64,000 nucleotides of DNA from Burkholderiales bacterium (lineage in GTDB: Bacteria; Pseudomonadota; Gammaproteobacteria; Burkholderiales; SG8-39): the NCBI GenBank assembly GCA_035762345.1, contig DASTPE010000107.1:3701-67700 (forward strand), given 5' to 3'. Positions 1 through 8,902 of this stretch are shown here, in pieces. Under the pieces are notes generated by a model, which saw nothing but the letters and a program-made list of their open reading frames with translations, did not search any database and was not told the DNA's origin. The position numbers and the translations under genes were made by a program. Position 1 is the stretch's first letter. The number at the start of each line of letters is the position of its first letter.

Positions 1-130
1 GGGGTTGCAAATTCATGATTTCGCGCAAGGCTTGAAGTCTAGTCAGGCGCCGCCCGACGCCGTTACACCTGTAACCTGTGGCGGCGCTGGATGTAAATTA
101 CACGCAATTGGCATCGGGTGAAATGGGCGC

Positions 131-523
131 TTGAGCGACAAGGGAAAACCCCGCGAGATCCTGGTCATAGACGACGACCGGATCATGCGCGACCTGATGA
201 CCGACTGGCTGGAGGCGGCGGGCTATGCCGTCCACAAGGCGACCGACTGCAACGCCGCCTGCGTGGCCCTAGAGCGGGGGCCGGCGTTGGTCGTAAGCGA
301 CATGTGGATGCCCGGCCCTTGCGGTGCCGAAGCCATCCGTTGGATGCGCGAAAGGCACCCTGGGCTGCAACTCATTGCCGTTTCCGGGCATTTCGGTTCA
401 GGCCAAGGCTGCAGCGAGCAGGACGCTCTCGGCGCGGGCGCCGCGCGAGCGCTCGCCAAGCCCGTCAAGCGCGCCGAGCTTCTTGCCGCCGTCGCCGATC
501 TTATCGGCCCGCCTGCGAAGTAG
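131..523 (+). CDS. Stand-alone response-regulator receiver (CheY-like) protein
   Basis: TTG-initiated ORF. Receiver signature: ILVIDDD acidic pocket, LVVSDMWMPG phospho-acceptor Asp context, conserved Lys in ALAKP. Ends 10 nt before the kinase gene. Confidence 0.8.
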   Translation: MSDKGKPREILVIDDDRIMRDLMTDWLEAAGYAVHKATDCNAACVALERGPALVVSDMWMPGPCGAEAIRWMRERHPGLQLIAVSGHFGSGQGCSEQDALGAGAARALAKPVKRAELLAAVADLIGPPAK

Positions 524-533
524 GAAAAAGGGG

Positions 534-3023
534 ATGCCGACGGCCCGCATCCGTTCGGCGCTTTCGCGGATCCCGCTTGGCCGTGCGCTGATCGCGCTCG
601 GCCTGGTGCTCGTCGGCATCAACATCGGCGCCGCCATCTGGGATGTGCGTTCGGCTTACGACCGCACCGAGCGCCGGGCGCTGCGCGACTACGCGAACAT
701 GACGCGGCTGCTAGCCGAGCAGACTGCCGCTTCCATGGACGCGGTCGACCTCATCCTGCGCGACGCGGTGCGCACCGGGCGTGCGCCCCAGGTCGCCGAA
801 GTGCTCACCCGGGTGGGCGATGAGCTGCTGCGCGTGCCCCAAATCGGCGCCATGACAGTCCTCGACGCCAAAGGCGAGGTGCTCGCGCGCTCGAGCCAGA
901 CCCCGGCGTTCGACCCCGACCTCGCCGAGCGCCCGTTCTTCACTGCGCACCGCGACGGTCCCCCGGACCTCTTGCACCTGAGCCAGCCCTATCGCGTGGC
1001 TCCGGGCGGTCAATGGCGCTTCGTGCTTTCGCGGCGCCTGTCCGATGCCGACGGCAGGTTCGACGGCGTGGTGGCGGCAGCGATCGAGGTCGAGGCCTTC
1101 GACCGCCTCTACCGCACCATCGACCTCGACGACGGCGCCTTCATCACCCTGCTTGCGAGCAACGGCACGCTCCTCACCAGGATTCCCGACGCAGGAACAA
1201 TTCGCGGGCGCAAGTTTCCACCAGGGGTGATGATGGCCGGAGTAGACCGCGACGGTCGCTTCGAAGGATGGACCACGAGCCCGGTCAGCGGGGAGCACGT
1301 GCTGCTCGCGGCGCACTCGGTGCGCGGATTCCCGCTGCTGGTGGCGAGCGGCAGCAACGAGGCCGCGGTGCTCGCGCCCTGGCGCGACGAAGCGTGGCTG
1401 GTGTTCGACCGCACGCTCCTCACCTCGGCGGCGATGCTCGCGCTGATCGGGCTCGCGGCCTGGGGACTCGCGCGCCGCGAGCGCGCGCTCGCGCGCAGCT
1501 GGCGGCGCTACCAGTCGATGATCGAGCATAGCTCCGACGCCCTTATCCTTTCGCGTCCCACGAAAGGCGGCATCGTCTATGCCAGCCCCGCGATCGAGCG
1601 CCTGCTCGGCTACCGGATAGAGGAGTTGCAGGGCCGCGAGGTGATGAATTACATCCACCCGGAGTACCTGGACATCGCGACGAAGGCGCGCGCCGATCTC
1701 CTGCGCTCGCCGGGCAAGGTTTCGGTCGACGAGGTGAAGATGGTGCACAAGGACGGCTCGTGGCGCTGGATCGAGCTCACGCGCTCGAACCTGCTGGAAG
1801 AGCCGAGCGTGCGCGCGGTGGTGTTCAACTTTCGCGACATCACCGAGCGCAAGCAGGCCGAGGCCGAGCGCTCGAGGCTCGAGAGCCGGCTGCGCCAGGC
1901 CGAAAAGCTCGAGGCCGTCGGGCGCCTCGCCGGAGGCATCGCGCACGATTTCAATAACATCCTCGGCGGCATCCTCGGCTACGCCGAGATGCTCGCGGAG
2001 AACGCGCCCCCCGACTCGCCGCTCAAGCGCTACGCCGACAACGTGCTCACCGGTGCCAACCGCGCGAGCGGCCTCGTTGAGCAGATCCTCTCCTACAGCC
2101 GCAGCCAGCGCGGTAAGCGCGCGCCGGTGGAGCTGCGGCGCATCGTCGCGGAGACGCTCGAGCTTGTACGCGGCTCGCTGCCGCACGGCATCACGCTGGA
2201 AGTGGAATGGCCCGAGAACGAGGTCTTCGTGGTCGGCGATTCCACACAGCTGCACCAGGTGACGATGAACCTTTGCACGAACGCCTGCCATGCCATGGAG
2301 AAAGGCGGCGTGCTCAAGATCGTCCTCGACACCGAGAGCCTGACGGCGGACCGCACGCTCGCCCACAGCACGCTGCACGCGGGCAACTACGCGCGCCTCA
2401 CGGTCAGCGACACCGGCAGCGGCATGGACGAAGCGACGCTCGCGCGCATTTTCGAGCCGTTCTTCACTACCAAGGAGGTCGGCAAGGGCACCGGGCTCGG
2501 CCTCGCCCTCGTCTATGGCATCGTCACCGATTCGGGCGGCGCCATCGATGTGACGAGCGCGCCGGACCGCGGCTCGAGATTCGTGATGTATCTGCCGCGC
2601 GTGGAGGCGCCGGCGGCGGCCGGGGACCTCGCCGCAGCGCCGGTCGCGCGCGGACGCGGCGAGCGCGTGCTCGTGGTCGACGACGAGGAAGCCCTCGTCG
2701 CGGTGACCTCCGAAGTGCTGAAGCGTTTTGGCTATGAGCCCGTGGGATGCTCCGACGGCGAGGCTGCGCTCGCCGCCTTCGAGAGCAACAAGATCGACGC
2801 GGTGATCGCCGACGAGGTGATGCCGGGCCTTTCAGGCACCCAGCTCGCCCGAGCGCTGCGCCGGCGGCGCGCCGACCTGCCGATCGTGCTGGTGAGCGGC
2901 TATACCGGCCCGATGCTTTCCGAGCGTGCGCTTGCCGCCGGGGTCACCGAGATCCTCAAGAAGCCGGTGCAGTCGCGCGACATCGCCTCCGCGCTCGCTC
3001 GCATCCTGCGCCGCGCCGCTTGA
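534..3023 (+). CDS. Hybrid sensor histidine kinase (TM, periplasmic Cache-like sensor, TM, PAS, HisKA, HATPase_c, receiver)
   Basis: ORF 324-3023 with start moved to ATG 534 behind AGGAAAAAGGGG. Has H-box [13 protein letters not shown] boxes [25 protein letters not shown], a PAS-like block ([16 protein letters not shown]) and a C-terminal receiver (VLVVDDE...[11 protein letters not shown]...KKP). Confidence 0.9.
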   Translation: MPTARIRSALSRIPLGRALIALGLVLVGINIGAAIWDVRSAYDRTERRALRDYANMTRLLAEQTAASMDAVDLILRDAVRTGRAPQVAEVLTRVGDELLRVPQIGAMTVLDAKGEVLARSSQTPAFDPDLAERPFFTAHRDGPPDLLHLSQPYRVAPGGQWRFVLSRRLSDADGRFDGVVAAAIEVEAFDRLYRTIDLDDGAFITLLASNGTLLTRIPDAGTIRGRKFPPGVMMAGVDRDGRFEGWTTSPVSGEHVLLAAHSVRGFPLLVASGSNEAAVLAPWRDEAWLVFDRTLLTSAAMLALIGLAAWGLARRERALARSWRRYQSMIEHSSDALILSRPTKGGIVYASPAIERLLGYRIEELQGREVMNYIHPEYLDIATKARADLLRSPGKVSVDEVKMVHKDGSWRWIELTRSNLLEEPSVRAVVFNFRDITERKQAEAERSRLESRLRQAEKLEAVGRLAGGIAHDFNNILGGILGYAEMLAENAPPDSPLKRYADNVLTGANRASGLVEQILSYSRSQRGKRAPVELRRIVAETLELVRGSLPHGITLEVEWPENEVFVVGDSTQLHQVTMNLCTNACHAMEKGGVLKIVLDTESLTADRTLAHSTLHAGNYARLTVSDTGSGMDEATLARIFEPFFTTKEVGKGTGLGLALVYGIVTDSGGAIDVTSAPDRGSRFVMYLPRVEAPAAAGDLAAAPVARGRGERVLVVDDEEALVAVTSEVLKRFGYEPVGCSDGEAALAAFESNKIDAVIADEVMPGLSGTQLARALRRRRADLPIVLVSGYTGPMLSERALAAGVTEILKKPVQSRDIASALARILRRAA

Positions 3024-3092
3024 ATTCGGGGTCAGGGTCGAAATTCGTTTTTGCGTACGCAAAAACCGAATTTCGACCCTGACCCCGAATTC
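3022..3092. repeat. REP/MITE-like palindromic element, copy A
   Basis: 71-nt near-perfect palindrome GAATTCGGGGTCAGGGTCGAAATTCGTTTTTGCGTACGCAAAAACCGAATTTCGACCCTGACCCCGAATTC. Its first two bases are part of the kinase TGA stop. Related copies lie at 12026, 29575 and 55497/56832. Confidence 0.9.
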
Positions 3093-3278
3093 GTTTCAGG
3101 TGAAACGTTCCGGCCCGGAATGGAAACCGGCGTGCCTTAGAGACCGCGCATCCTGATCCCATGTTCCAATCCGCGCCCAGTCCCGAAGCAACACGCGACC
3201 CGTACGACGGCGTGCCGCTCGGCGTGGAGGCGATGGTTGCCATCCTGCACGGACCCGCCGAAATCGAAAGGAGCCTCG

Positions 3279-3488
3279 ATGAAGATCGACCTGCAACGGG
3301 GCAAGTTCTTGCGCATCCTGGGTGGCGCGGGTAGCACGGTCACCGCGGACGCCGGCTCGGTGTGGGTCACCGAGGAGGCGAGCCCGCGCGATGTCGTGCT
3401 GCGGCCCGGCCAGAGTCTGAAGCTTCACCGGCCCGGGCTAGCCCTGGTCGAGGCGATGAGCGACGCCGCCATTTCGTTCGCTCGCTAG
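3279..3488 (+). CDS. DUF2917 domain-containing small protein
   Basis: ORF 3237-3488 trimmed to ATG 3279 behind GAAAGGAG. MKIDLQRG..AGSVWVTEE..PRDVVLRPGQS..RPGLALVEA matches my recollection of the DUF2917 pattern. Confidence 0.65.
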   Translation: MKIDLQRGKFLRILGGAGSTVTADAGSVWVTEEASPRDVVLRPGQSLKLHRPGLALVEAMSDAAISFAR

Positions 3489-3625
3489 GAAATTTATTCC
3501 CGCCATCTGCCGCCTGCGGCATTGCAGGCGTAATTGCAGCCGCTCGCGCCGTAACGGCCGCGCAACCGCTGGCGGCGAAACTGTTCCCTGCAGGAGACTC
3601 ACTTCTCACTGAAGGGAACACGAAG

Positions 3626-3784
3626 ATGAAACGCCTAATTCTTACTCTCGCTTTGGCAGCGATCGCGGTTTCCGGTTGTGCGCATTTGCAAGAGGCTGCT
3701 TATGGCGGCGCGAGCGCCGTAGAGGGGCAGAACCCTTCGCCTTATCCGAAGACCTACAGCAACGACCACTACTACCCGCTATGA
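3626..3784 (+). CDS. Small lipoprotein (52 aa), unknown function
   Basis: ATG 3626. Lipobox LALAAIAVSG|C. Its stop overlaps the next start (ATGA at 3781-3784). Confidence 0.55.
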   Translation: MKRLILTLALAAIAVSGCAHLQEAAYGGASAVEGQNPSPYPKTYSNDHYYPL

Positions 3785-4071
3785 GATCGATCGCGCTCGC
3801 CGCGCTCCTCGCTCTTGCCGGCTGCCAGCTACAGGAACCGACCCTGCCCGGCACCGTGGTTAGCGTGGTCGCCATCGAGCGCGCGGAGCCCGAGAACGAG
3901 GAATCGCCGAAGTACTACGAGGATCCGCTCGTGCCCGAGGTCGCCTGGCAGGTCGAAGTGCGACTCAAGGACGGTAGTGCGGTAACCGTCACGCACGAAG
4001 GCCCACGCCGTTACGAGCCGGGCGAGCGCGTACGGGTGCTACGCGACCCGGAGGGCGCGTTACTTTTGTAA
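3781..4071 (+). CDS. Lipoprotein (96 aa), unknown function
   Basis: ATG 3781 inside ORF 3676-4071. Lipobox LLALAG|C. Translationally coupled to the preceding small lipoprotein. Confidence 0.6.
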   Translation: MRSIALAALLALAGCQLQEPTLPGTVVSVVAIERAEPENEESPKYYEDPLVPEVAWQVEVRLKDGSAVTVTHEGPRRYEPGERVRVLRDPEGALLL

Positions 4072-4141
4072 CAATTGGGGGGCCCGGCGAAATAACCCGG
4101 AAATCCTTCCCGCCCATACTGGCTGCAACGTCAAGAGACGT

Positions 4142-4225
4142 AGCCTCCCAGCGGTAAAAGCAGGGTTCCCCCCTCCTCCCCCTCCCCATGGAAGGAATCC
4201 TGATGGCTCGGGAGGCTTTTTTTTT
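4142..4225 (+). ncRNA. Extended hairpin with a C/U-rich anti-SD-like loop plus U9: intrinsic terminator, possibly the 3' end of an sRNA or an attenuator
   Basis: Outer stem 4142-4152/4206-4217 (11 bp, one bulged C). Inner stem 4161-4169/4194-4202 (9 bp including one G-U). 24-nt loop CCCCUCCUCCCCCUCCCCAUGGAA. Followed directly by nine T (4217-4225). Confidence 0.5.
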
Positions 4226-4241
4226 GTATTTTGAATCCCCC

Positions 4242-4931
4242 ATGCCGCAGAAGCGCTATGCCCGCCGGGAGGATCTTGGGCTCACCGCCGCCGAGTTCGC
4301 CGCGCTCGAGCGCCTCGACACGCCGCAAAAGATCCAGAGCTTCGTCTACAGCCTGAGGCAGAACTTCGAGCTCGCCGGGGACACCTGCCGCCCGGTGCGC
4401 TACGTGCTACACCGCCGCGCCGCGCATTGCATCGAGGGCGCGATGCTCGCGGCGTGCGCGCTCTGGGTGCACGGCGAGCCGCCGCTTCTCATGGACATGC
4501 GCGCGGTGCGCGACTTCGACCACGTGGTGGCGCTCTTCCGCCGGCACGGGCGCTGGGGTGCGATCTCGAAGACCAACGGCATCGGCCTGCGCTGGCGCGA
4601 CCCGGTGTACGGCAGCCTGCGCGAGCTCGCGATGTCCTATTTTCACGAATACACCAATCGCCGCGACCACAAGACGCTGCGCGAGTACTCGGTGCCTTTC
4701 GACCTGCGGCGCGTCGATCCGGAGATCTGGGTGACCGGCGAGAAGCACGCCTGGTCCGTCGCGGAGGAGCTCGACCGGATCCGCCATTTCAAGCTCATCG
4801 ACGGCCGCCATCTTCCCGCGGTGACGCGCCGGGATCCGTTCGAGCGACGCGCGGGCGCGCTCCTCCAGTACCGCCGCCCGCGGGCGCTCCTCGAGAAACT
4901 CGCGCGGCTCAAGAAGAAACGCCGGGAGTAG
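4242..4931 (+). CDS. Hypothetical protein with a transglutaminase/papain-like Cys-His signature
   Basis: ORF 4188-4931. ATG 4188 lies in the hairpin loop upstream of the T9 tract, and the TTT-rich codons there are atypical for this genome, so ATG 4242 is preferred. AAHCIEGAMLAA (candidate nucleophile Cys) and FDHVVALF (candidate His). Start uncertain. Confidence 0.6.
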   Translation: MPQKRYARREDLGLTAAEFAALERLDTPQKIQSFVYSLRQNFELAGDTCRPVRYVLHRRAAHCIEGAMLAACALWVHGEPPLLMDMRAVRDFDHVVALFRRHGRWGAISKTNGIGLRWRDPVYGSLRELAMSYFHEYTNRRDHKTLREYSVPFDLRRVDPEIWVTGEKHAWSVAEELDRIRHFKLIDGRHLPAVTRRDPFERRAGALLQYRRPRALLEKLARLKKKRRE

Positions 4932-5897
4932 CTACTTCTCCTCGACTCTCCCGATTTTCTCCAGCGCGGTCTTGAGGCGCGCGGCATCGCGCTCCCAATA
5001 GGTGCGGAACGCGGGTGCGTCGAGATAGGAGACCGGGGTGGAGACCTTCTCCATCGCCGACTTGAACTCCGCTGACGTGGCCGCTTCGCGCACCGCGATC
5101 CGAATCCGGTCGAGCACCGGCGAGGGCGTCGCTGCGGGCGCGAACACGCCCGACCAGATGTAGAACTCGGCGTTGTAACCGAGCTCCTTGAAGGTGGGAA
5201 TCTCGGGCAGGAGAGGCAGACGCTCGGTGCTCCAGCTCGCGAGCGCGCGCATCTTGCCGGCCTTGATCTGGCCGATCGCCGCGGCCGGGCCCGATGCGAG
5301 CGCGTGCACCTGTCCGCCGAGGAGCGCGGTCACGGCCGGCCCGCCACCCTGGTAGGGCACGTGGAAGAGCTGGATGCCCGCGGCGTGGGCGAAGATCTCC
5401 ATTGCGACGTGTAGCGTCCCGTATACGCCCGAGGATGAATAGTTGATTTTCCCCGGATAGGCCTTCGCGCTCGCGACGAACTCCTGGAGCGTTTTCCACG
5501 GGCTGTCCGCGCCTACGACGAGCACGGTCGGGTCGGCCGTGATCAGCGCGATCGGCGCGAAGTCCTTCATCTCGTACGCCGGCGTGCGGCCCATGATGCG
5601 GTCGGACACCGGGAAGATCGAGATCGAGGAAAGCCCCATCAGGAGGGTGTAGCCGTCGGGCGCACTCTTCGCGACCGCCGCCATGCCGACCGCGCCGCCG
5701 GCGCCGGTGCGGTTCGTGACCACGACCGGCTGCTTGAGCGACTTCTCCATCTGCGCGGCGAGCGGCCGGCCGACGATGTCGGCGACCCCGCCCGGCGGGA
5801 ACGGCACGATCATCGTGATGGGCTTCGAAGGGTACGGCTGCGCCCGCGCGCCGGCAGCAAGCAGGCAGGCAAGCAGGACAAGAACGAGTCGTGACAT
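4932..5897 (-). CDS. Bug-family tripartite tricarboxylate transporter (TTT) substrate-binding protein
   Basis: ORF 4932-5993 trimmed to ATG 5897 behind AGGAGA. Signal peptide MSRLVLVLLACLLAAGARA, then the family hallmark YPSKPITMIVPFPPGGVADIVGR. Confidence 0.9.
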   Translation of the reverse strand: MSRLVLVLLACLLAAGARAQPYPSKPITMIVPFPPGGVADIVGRPLAAQMEKSLKQPVVVTNRTGAGGAVGMAAVAKSAPDGYTLLMGLSSISIFPVSDRIMGRTPAYEMKDFAPIALITADPTVLVVGADSPWKTLQEFVASAKAYPGKINYSSSGVYGTLHVAMEIFAHAAGIQLFHVPYQGGGPAVTALLGGQVHALASGPAAAIGQIKAGKMRALASWSTERLPLLPEIPTFKELGYNAEFYIWSGVFAPAATPSPVLDRIRIAVREAATSAEFKSAMEKVSTPVSYLDAPAFRTYWERDAARLKTALEKIGRVEEK

Positions 5898-5920
5898 AGG
5901 TCTCCTCGCAGGTCGCCAAG

Positions 5921-5935
5921 GTAACAGGCTGTTAC
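5921..5935. promoter_or_regulatory. Perfect 7-1-7 palindrome GTAACAG-G-CTGTTAC in a divergent intergenic region (possible operator)
   Basis: Read directly from the sequence. Lies between the Bug gene start (5897, minus) and the small secreted protein gene (6016, plus). Confidence 0.3.
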
Positions 5936-6015
5936 ACATGTTGCACTTTATCGGTTTGCTTTGGACGCCCGGGCGCGTGAAATGCAGTAGCACTCAACTT
6001 GAAAGGAGGCCCCAG

Positions 6016-6327
6016 ATGTTGAAGAAGCTTGCCGTCCTTGCTGCCGCACTCGCGGTTTCGGCGCCGGCTCTCGCCGACGGCGGCTATGGAAACGGACGCG
6101 GTCACGCTTATGGCCATGGCTACGGCCAGCCGCAGCGCGTGGTGGTAGTCCATAAGCCGCACTACGTGGTGCATCGCCCCGCTCCGGTCATACATCACTA
6201 CTACTACCGTCCGGCGCCGCGCCCGGTTTATGTGGTCGAGCAGCACAACCACGTGAACCCGGTCGCCTTCCTCGCCGGAGCGGTGATCGGCGCGGCGATC
6301 GTGCATTCCGCCGTGACGCACTACTGA
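6016..6327 (+). CDS. Small secreted His/Tyr/Pro/Gly-rich protein, unknown function
   Basis: ATG 6016 behind GAAAGGAGG. Signal peptide MLKKLAVLAAALAVSAPALA. Then GGYGNGRGHAYGHGYG, HKPHYVVHRPAPVIHHYYYRPAPRP and a C-terminal hydrophobic stretch. Confidence 0.6.
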   Translation: MLKKLAVLAAALAVSAPALADGGYGNGRGHAYGHGYGQPQRVVVVHKPHYVVHRPAPVIHHYYYRPAPRPVYVVEQHNHVNPVAFLAGAVIGAAIVHSAVTHY

Positions 6328-7754
6328 TCGAACTCGGCCTTGAAGCCGGGGGGCGGCGAGTAGGCGAAACTCCCGCGCCGGATTACCGCCTCCCGGCCGC
6401 CGTGAGCGGCGACAAGCTCGGCTTGCCGCCGCTTCGCGCGCCGGTCGACCTCTTCGGGGTCCAGCAAAGAGAGCAGCCGGGAATGACAGTCTTCTTTCAT
6501 CGCCCGCAAAGCGGGATCGCTTGCGAGATCCTGCAGCTCTTCGGGGTCGGACTCCAGGTCGAAGAGCTGCGGCCGATCGGGATAGCGTACGAAGTACACG
6601 TACTTCCACTTCCCGTGCCGGATCATGTACTCGCCGGCGCGCGAGGAAGACGCGTGGTATTCCGACAGAATGATCCGTTGGGTGGATTTCTTCAGTAAGG
6701 AAACCCCCGAAGCTTCGGGCGCGTCCGCGCCCACACAATGCATGACCGTCGGATAGACGTCCACGTGACTCACCGGGTCGCGGCGCACGCCGACGGGAAC
6801 GTCGGGGCCGGCGAGGATCATTGGCACCTTGGCGGCCTCCTCGTAGAGAACCTGCTTGCCCCAGAGCCCGCGCGCGCCGAGGTTGTCTCCGTGATCCGAG
6901 GTGTAAAGGATCCTGGTATTCGAATCGAGCTCGAGGTCCTCGAGCGTCTCGAGGATATGCCCGACGTTTTCATCCAGCGAGCTCACCAGGCCGAGGTAGC
7001 CCGCGCGGGCGCGCTTCACCGCCGAATCGTCGGCGAAGTATTTATCGTAGCCCGTGTTCTCGGCCTGGTCGCGCACGTACGGATGAAGGTTCTTTTCCCG
7101 GTAGAGCTTCGGCATCGGGATGCGCTCGAAGGGATAGCGGTAATACCAGTGCGGCGGCGCGGTGAGCGGGAAGTGCGGCGCAACGAAGGACACGAAGAGC
7201 ACCCACGGCCGCTCGCGATGCTTCCGCGCCTCCTCGCGCAGCCAGACTTGCGTGCGCGAGGCGACCTCGCGGTCGTACCAGGTGTACTCCGACTCGCCCG
7301 GCCCCGCGAGCGCGGCGAGTTTCTTGCCGTCGGCGCGCGGCGGCATGTCGTCGCCGCGCAAGAGGCCGTAGAGATCGCCTTTGCCTTCGAATACGTTCAT
7401 CGGCACGATCTCTTCGGAGAAGCCGTTGTCGTCGTCGCTCGAGCGGAAGTGGAGCTTGCCGACCGAGACCACGCGGTGGCCGCGGCCACGCAGGCGGTGG
7501 TGCCAGCTCGGCACGCTGCCGTCGTACGGATCGGCGTTGTCCCAGAAGCCGATCTGGTGAATGTATTTCCCGACGGCGAAGGCGGCGCGCGCCGGCACAC
7601 AGATGGGGCAGGTGGTGTAGGCGTCGGTGAAGCGCAGGCCGCGCGCCGCGAGGCGGTCGAGGTTCGGCGTGTGCATAAGCGCGGCTCCCGAGCAGCCCAT
7701 CCAACGCGGATCGTGCTCGTCCGACATGATGATCAGCAGGTTTGCCGGTTTCAC
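6321..7754 (-). CDS. Cys-type sulfatase (arylsulfatase family), no signal peptide
   Basis: LLIIMSDEHD metal-binding N-terminus. C-x-P-x-R formylglycine motif (CVPARAAF). SDHGD block. Start overlaps the upstream gene stop. Confidence 0.85.
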   Translation of the reverse strand: MKPANLLIIMSDEHDPRWMGCSGAALMHTPNLDRLAARGLRFTDAYTTCPICVPARAAFAVGKYIHQIGFWDNADPYDGSVPSWHHRLRGRGHRVVSVGKLHFRSSDDDNGFSEEIVPMNVFEGKGDLYGLLRGDDMPPRADGKKLAALAGPGESEYTWYDREVASRTQVWLREEARKHRERPWVLFVSFVAPHFPLTAPPHWYYRYPFERIPMPKLYREKNLHPYVRDQAENTGYDKYFADDSAVKRARAGYLGLVSSLDENVGHILETLEDLELDSNTRILYTSDHGDNLGARGLWGKQVLYEEAAKVPMILAGPDVPVGVRRDPVSHVDVYPTVMHCVGADAPEASGVSLLKKSTQRIILSEYHASSSRAGEYMIRHGKWKYVYFVRYPDRPQLFDLESDPEELQDLASDPALRAMKEDCHSRLLSLLDPEEVDRRAKRRQAELVAAHGGREAVIRRGSFAYSPPPGFKAEFDQ

Positions 7755-8902
7755 TTGTCAGGGGAAAAGCGTCGGATCACGTCCCTTGAAACCTCGATCC
7801 CCAAGCCGGGCTTCTGCGGAATCTCGACCCAGCCTTCGCGCTGCCGCAGCGGCGAGTCGGTCAGGTGCTCGCGAAACGGGTGCAAGGAGGTATCGAACTC
7901 CAGCAGGATGTCTTTCGAAAGCAAAGCATGGTTCGCTGGAGGAATGGCGGCGATCCACTGCAAAGACGCCGCCTGGCCGACCGCTGACGCCCATACGTGC
8001 GGGTTCACCTGCACTCCGTGCGCGTGCGCGAGCGCGACGATATGCCGGCACCCGGTGAAGCCGCCCGCGATGCAGAGATCGGGTTGTGCGACATCGATCG
8101 ATCTTCTCGCAAGGAGCTCTTTGAACCCGAAAAGCGTGTACTCATTTTCCCCGCCCGCGATCGGCGTCGCGAGCGCGCGGCGCACCTCGGCGTAGCCGTC
8201 GAGGTCCTCCTGCACCACCGGCTCCTCGTACCAGCGCAGCCGCCAGCCCATGTCCTCCAGCTCCCGACCGAGGCGGATCGCATCGGCGACGCCATAGGCA
8301 TGGTTCACGTCAATCATCACCTCATGCTTTCTGGAAAGAAATTGCAGTTCTTTCATGACGGCAAGATCGTCTTCGATACCGAACCCGAGCTTGATCTTCA
8401 GTGCTCGGAAGCCTTTCGCGATGTGGCTTTCGGCTTCCTGCGCGAGGCGCGCGGCCTCTCCTTGACCCTTGATGCGATAGAACCCCGTCGCATACGCCTC
8501 GACGCGGGCGCGGAACATGCCGCCGAGGAGCTTGGCCACCGGGTCGCCGCGCGCTTTTCCGGCGATGTCCCAGAGCGCGATGTCGATGCCGCTGATGGCG
8601 CCGATGAGCGCGCCCTTCTGGCCGTAATCGCGGGTGTGGTGATACATGCGGTGCCAGAGGACCTCGGGCTGCAGGGGATCGGCGCCGACGACGAGATCCT
8701 TCATGACATGCTCGATCGCGGCCGCGGCGATCTCGGGCGGCTGCAGCCCCTGGCAAAGCGCCTCGCCCCAGCCGGTGATGCCTTCGTCGGTCTGCACTTC
8801 CACGAGGGTTGCGCCGCGGCTCGACACCCAGCCCTGGGAGAAAGCGAACGGCTGCTCGAGCGCCGAGCGCAGCACGTGCGCCCGGACTTGCGTGATCTTC
8901 AT
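7751..8902 (-). CDS. Enolase-superfamily enzyme (mandelate racemase/muconate lactonizing family, dehydratase-like)
   Basis: ORF 7751-8965 trimmed to ATG 8902. KIKLG (KxK), DVNHAY, YEEP and AGGENE metal-ligand contexts. ATGA overlaps on both sides. Confidence 0.85.
   Translation of the reverse strand: MKITQVRAHVLRSALEQPFAFSQGWVSSRGATLVEVQTDEGITGWGEALCQGLQPPEIAAAAIEHVMKDLVVGADPLQPEVLWHRMYHHTRDYGQKGALIGAISGIDIALWDIAGKARGDPVAKLLGGMFRARVEAYATGFYRIKGQGEAARLAQEAESHIAKGFRALKIKLGFGIEDDLAVMKELQFLSRKHEVMIDVNHAYGVADAIRLGRELEDMGWRLRWYEEPVVQEDLDGYAEVRRALATPIAGGENEYTLFGFKELLARRSIDVAQPDLCIAGGFTGCRHIVALAHAHGVQVNPHVWASAVGQAASLQWIAAIPPANHALLSKDILLEFDTSLHPFREHLTDSPLRQREGWVEIPQKPGLGIEVSRDVIRRFSPDK

Noticed and set aside
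92-102. Small palindromes upstream of the receiver gene (TGTAAATTACA at ~92-102; GTTACACCTGTAAC at ~62-75) and after REP A (GTTTCAGGTGAAAC at 3093-3106; TTCCGGCCCGGAA at 3108-3120) as regulatory sites or terminators.
   Set aside because: Short (5-bp arms), no U tracts, no second occurrence that I could tie to a regulon. Noted only.
711-2378. 555-aa ORF antisense to the hybrid kinase. Similar long antisense or alternative-frame ORFs occur elsewhere (e.g. 9073-11451, 13323-15470, 19749-21182, 35813-36820, 43831-45294, 62373-63914).
   Set aside because: Typical high-GC artefacts. They are Arg/Ala/Gly/Pro-rich low-complexity translations with no family signatures. Each lies opposite a gene with clear family motifs and coherent operon structure.
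3022-3092. The REP copies as a possible CRISPR array or tRNA-like structure.
   Set aside because: The copies are single, dispersed over four loci and internally palindromic, with no regularly spaced repeat-spacer organisation. No cas genes. No tRNA cloverleaf features.
4188-4241. ATG 4188 (or 4203) as the start of the hypothetical protein gene.
   Set aside because: These codons lie inside the hairpin loop or stem and run through a T9 tract (TTT TTT TTG TAT TTT) that is alien to the codon usage of this genome. There is no SD-like sequence upstream, only a C/U run.
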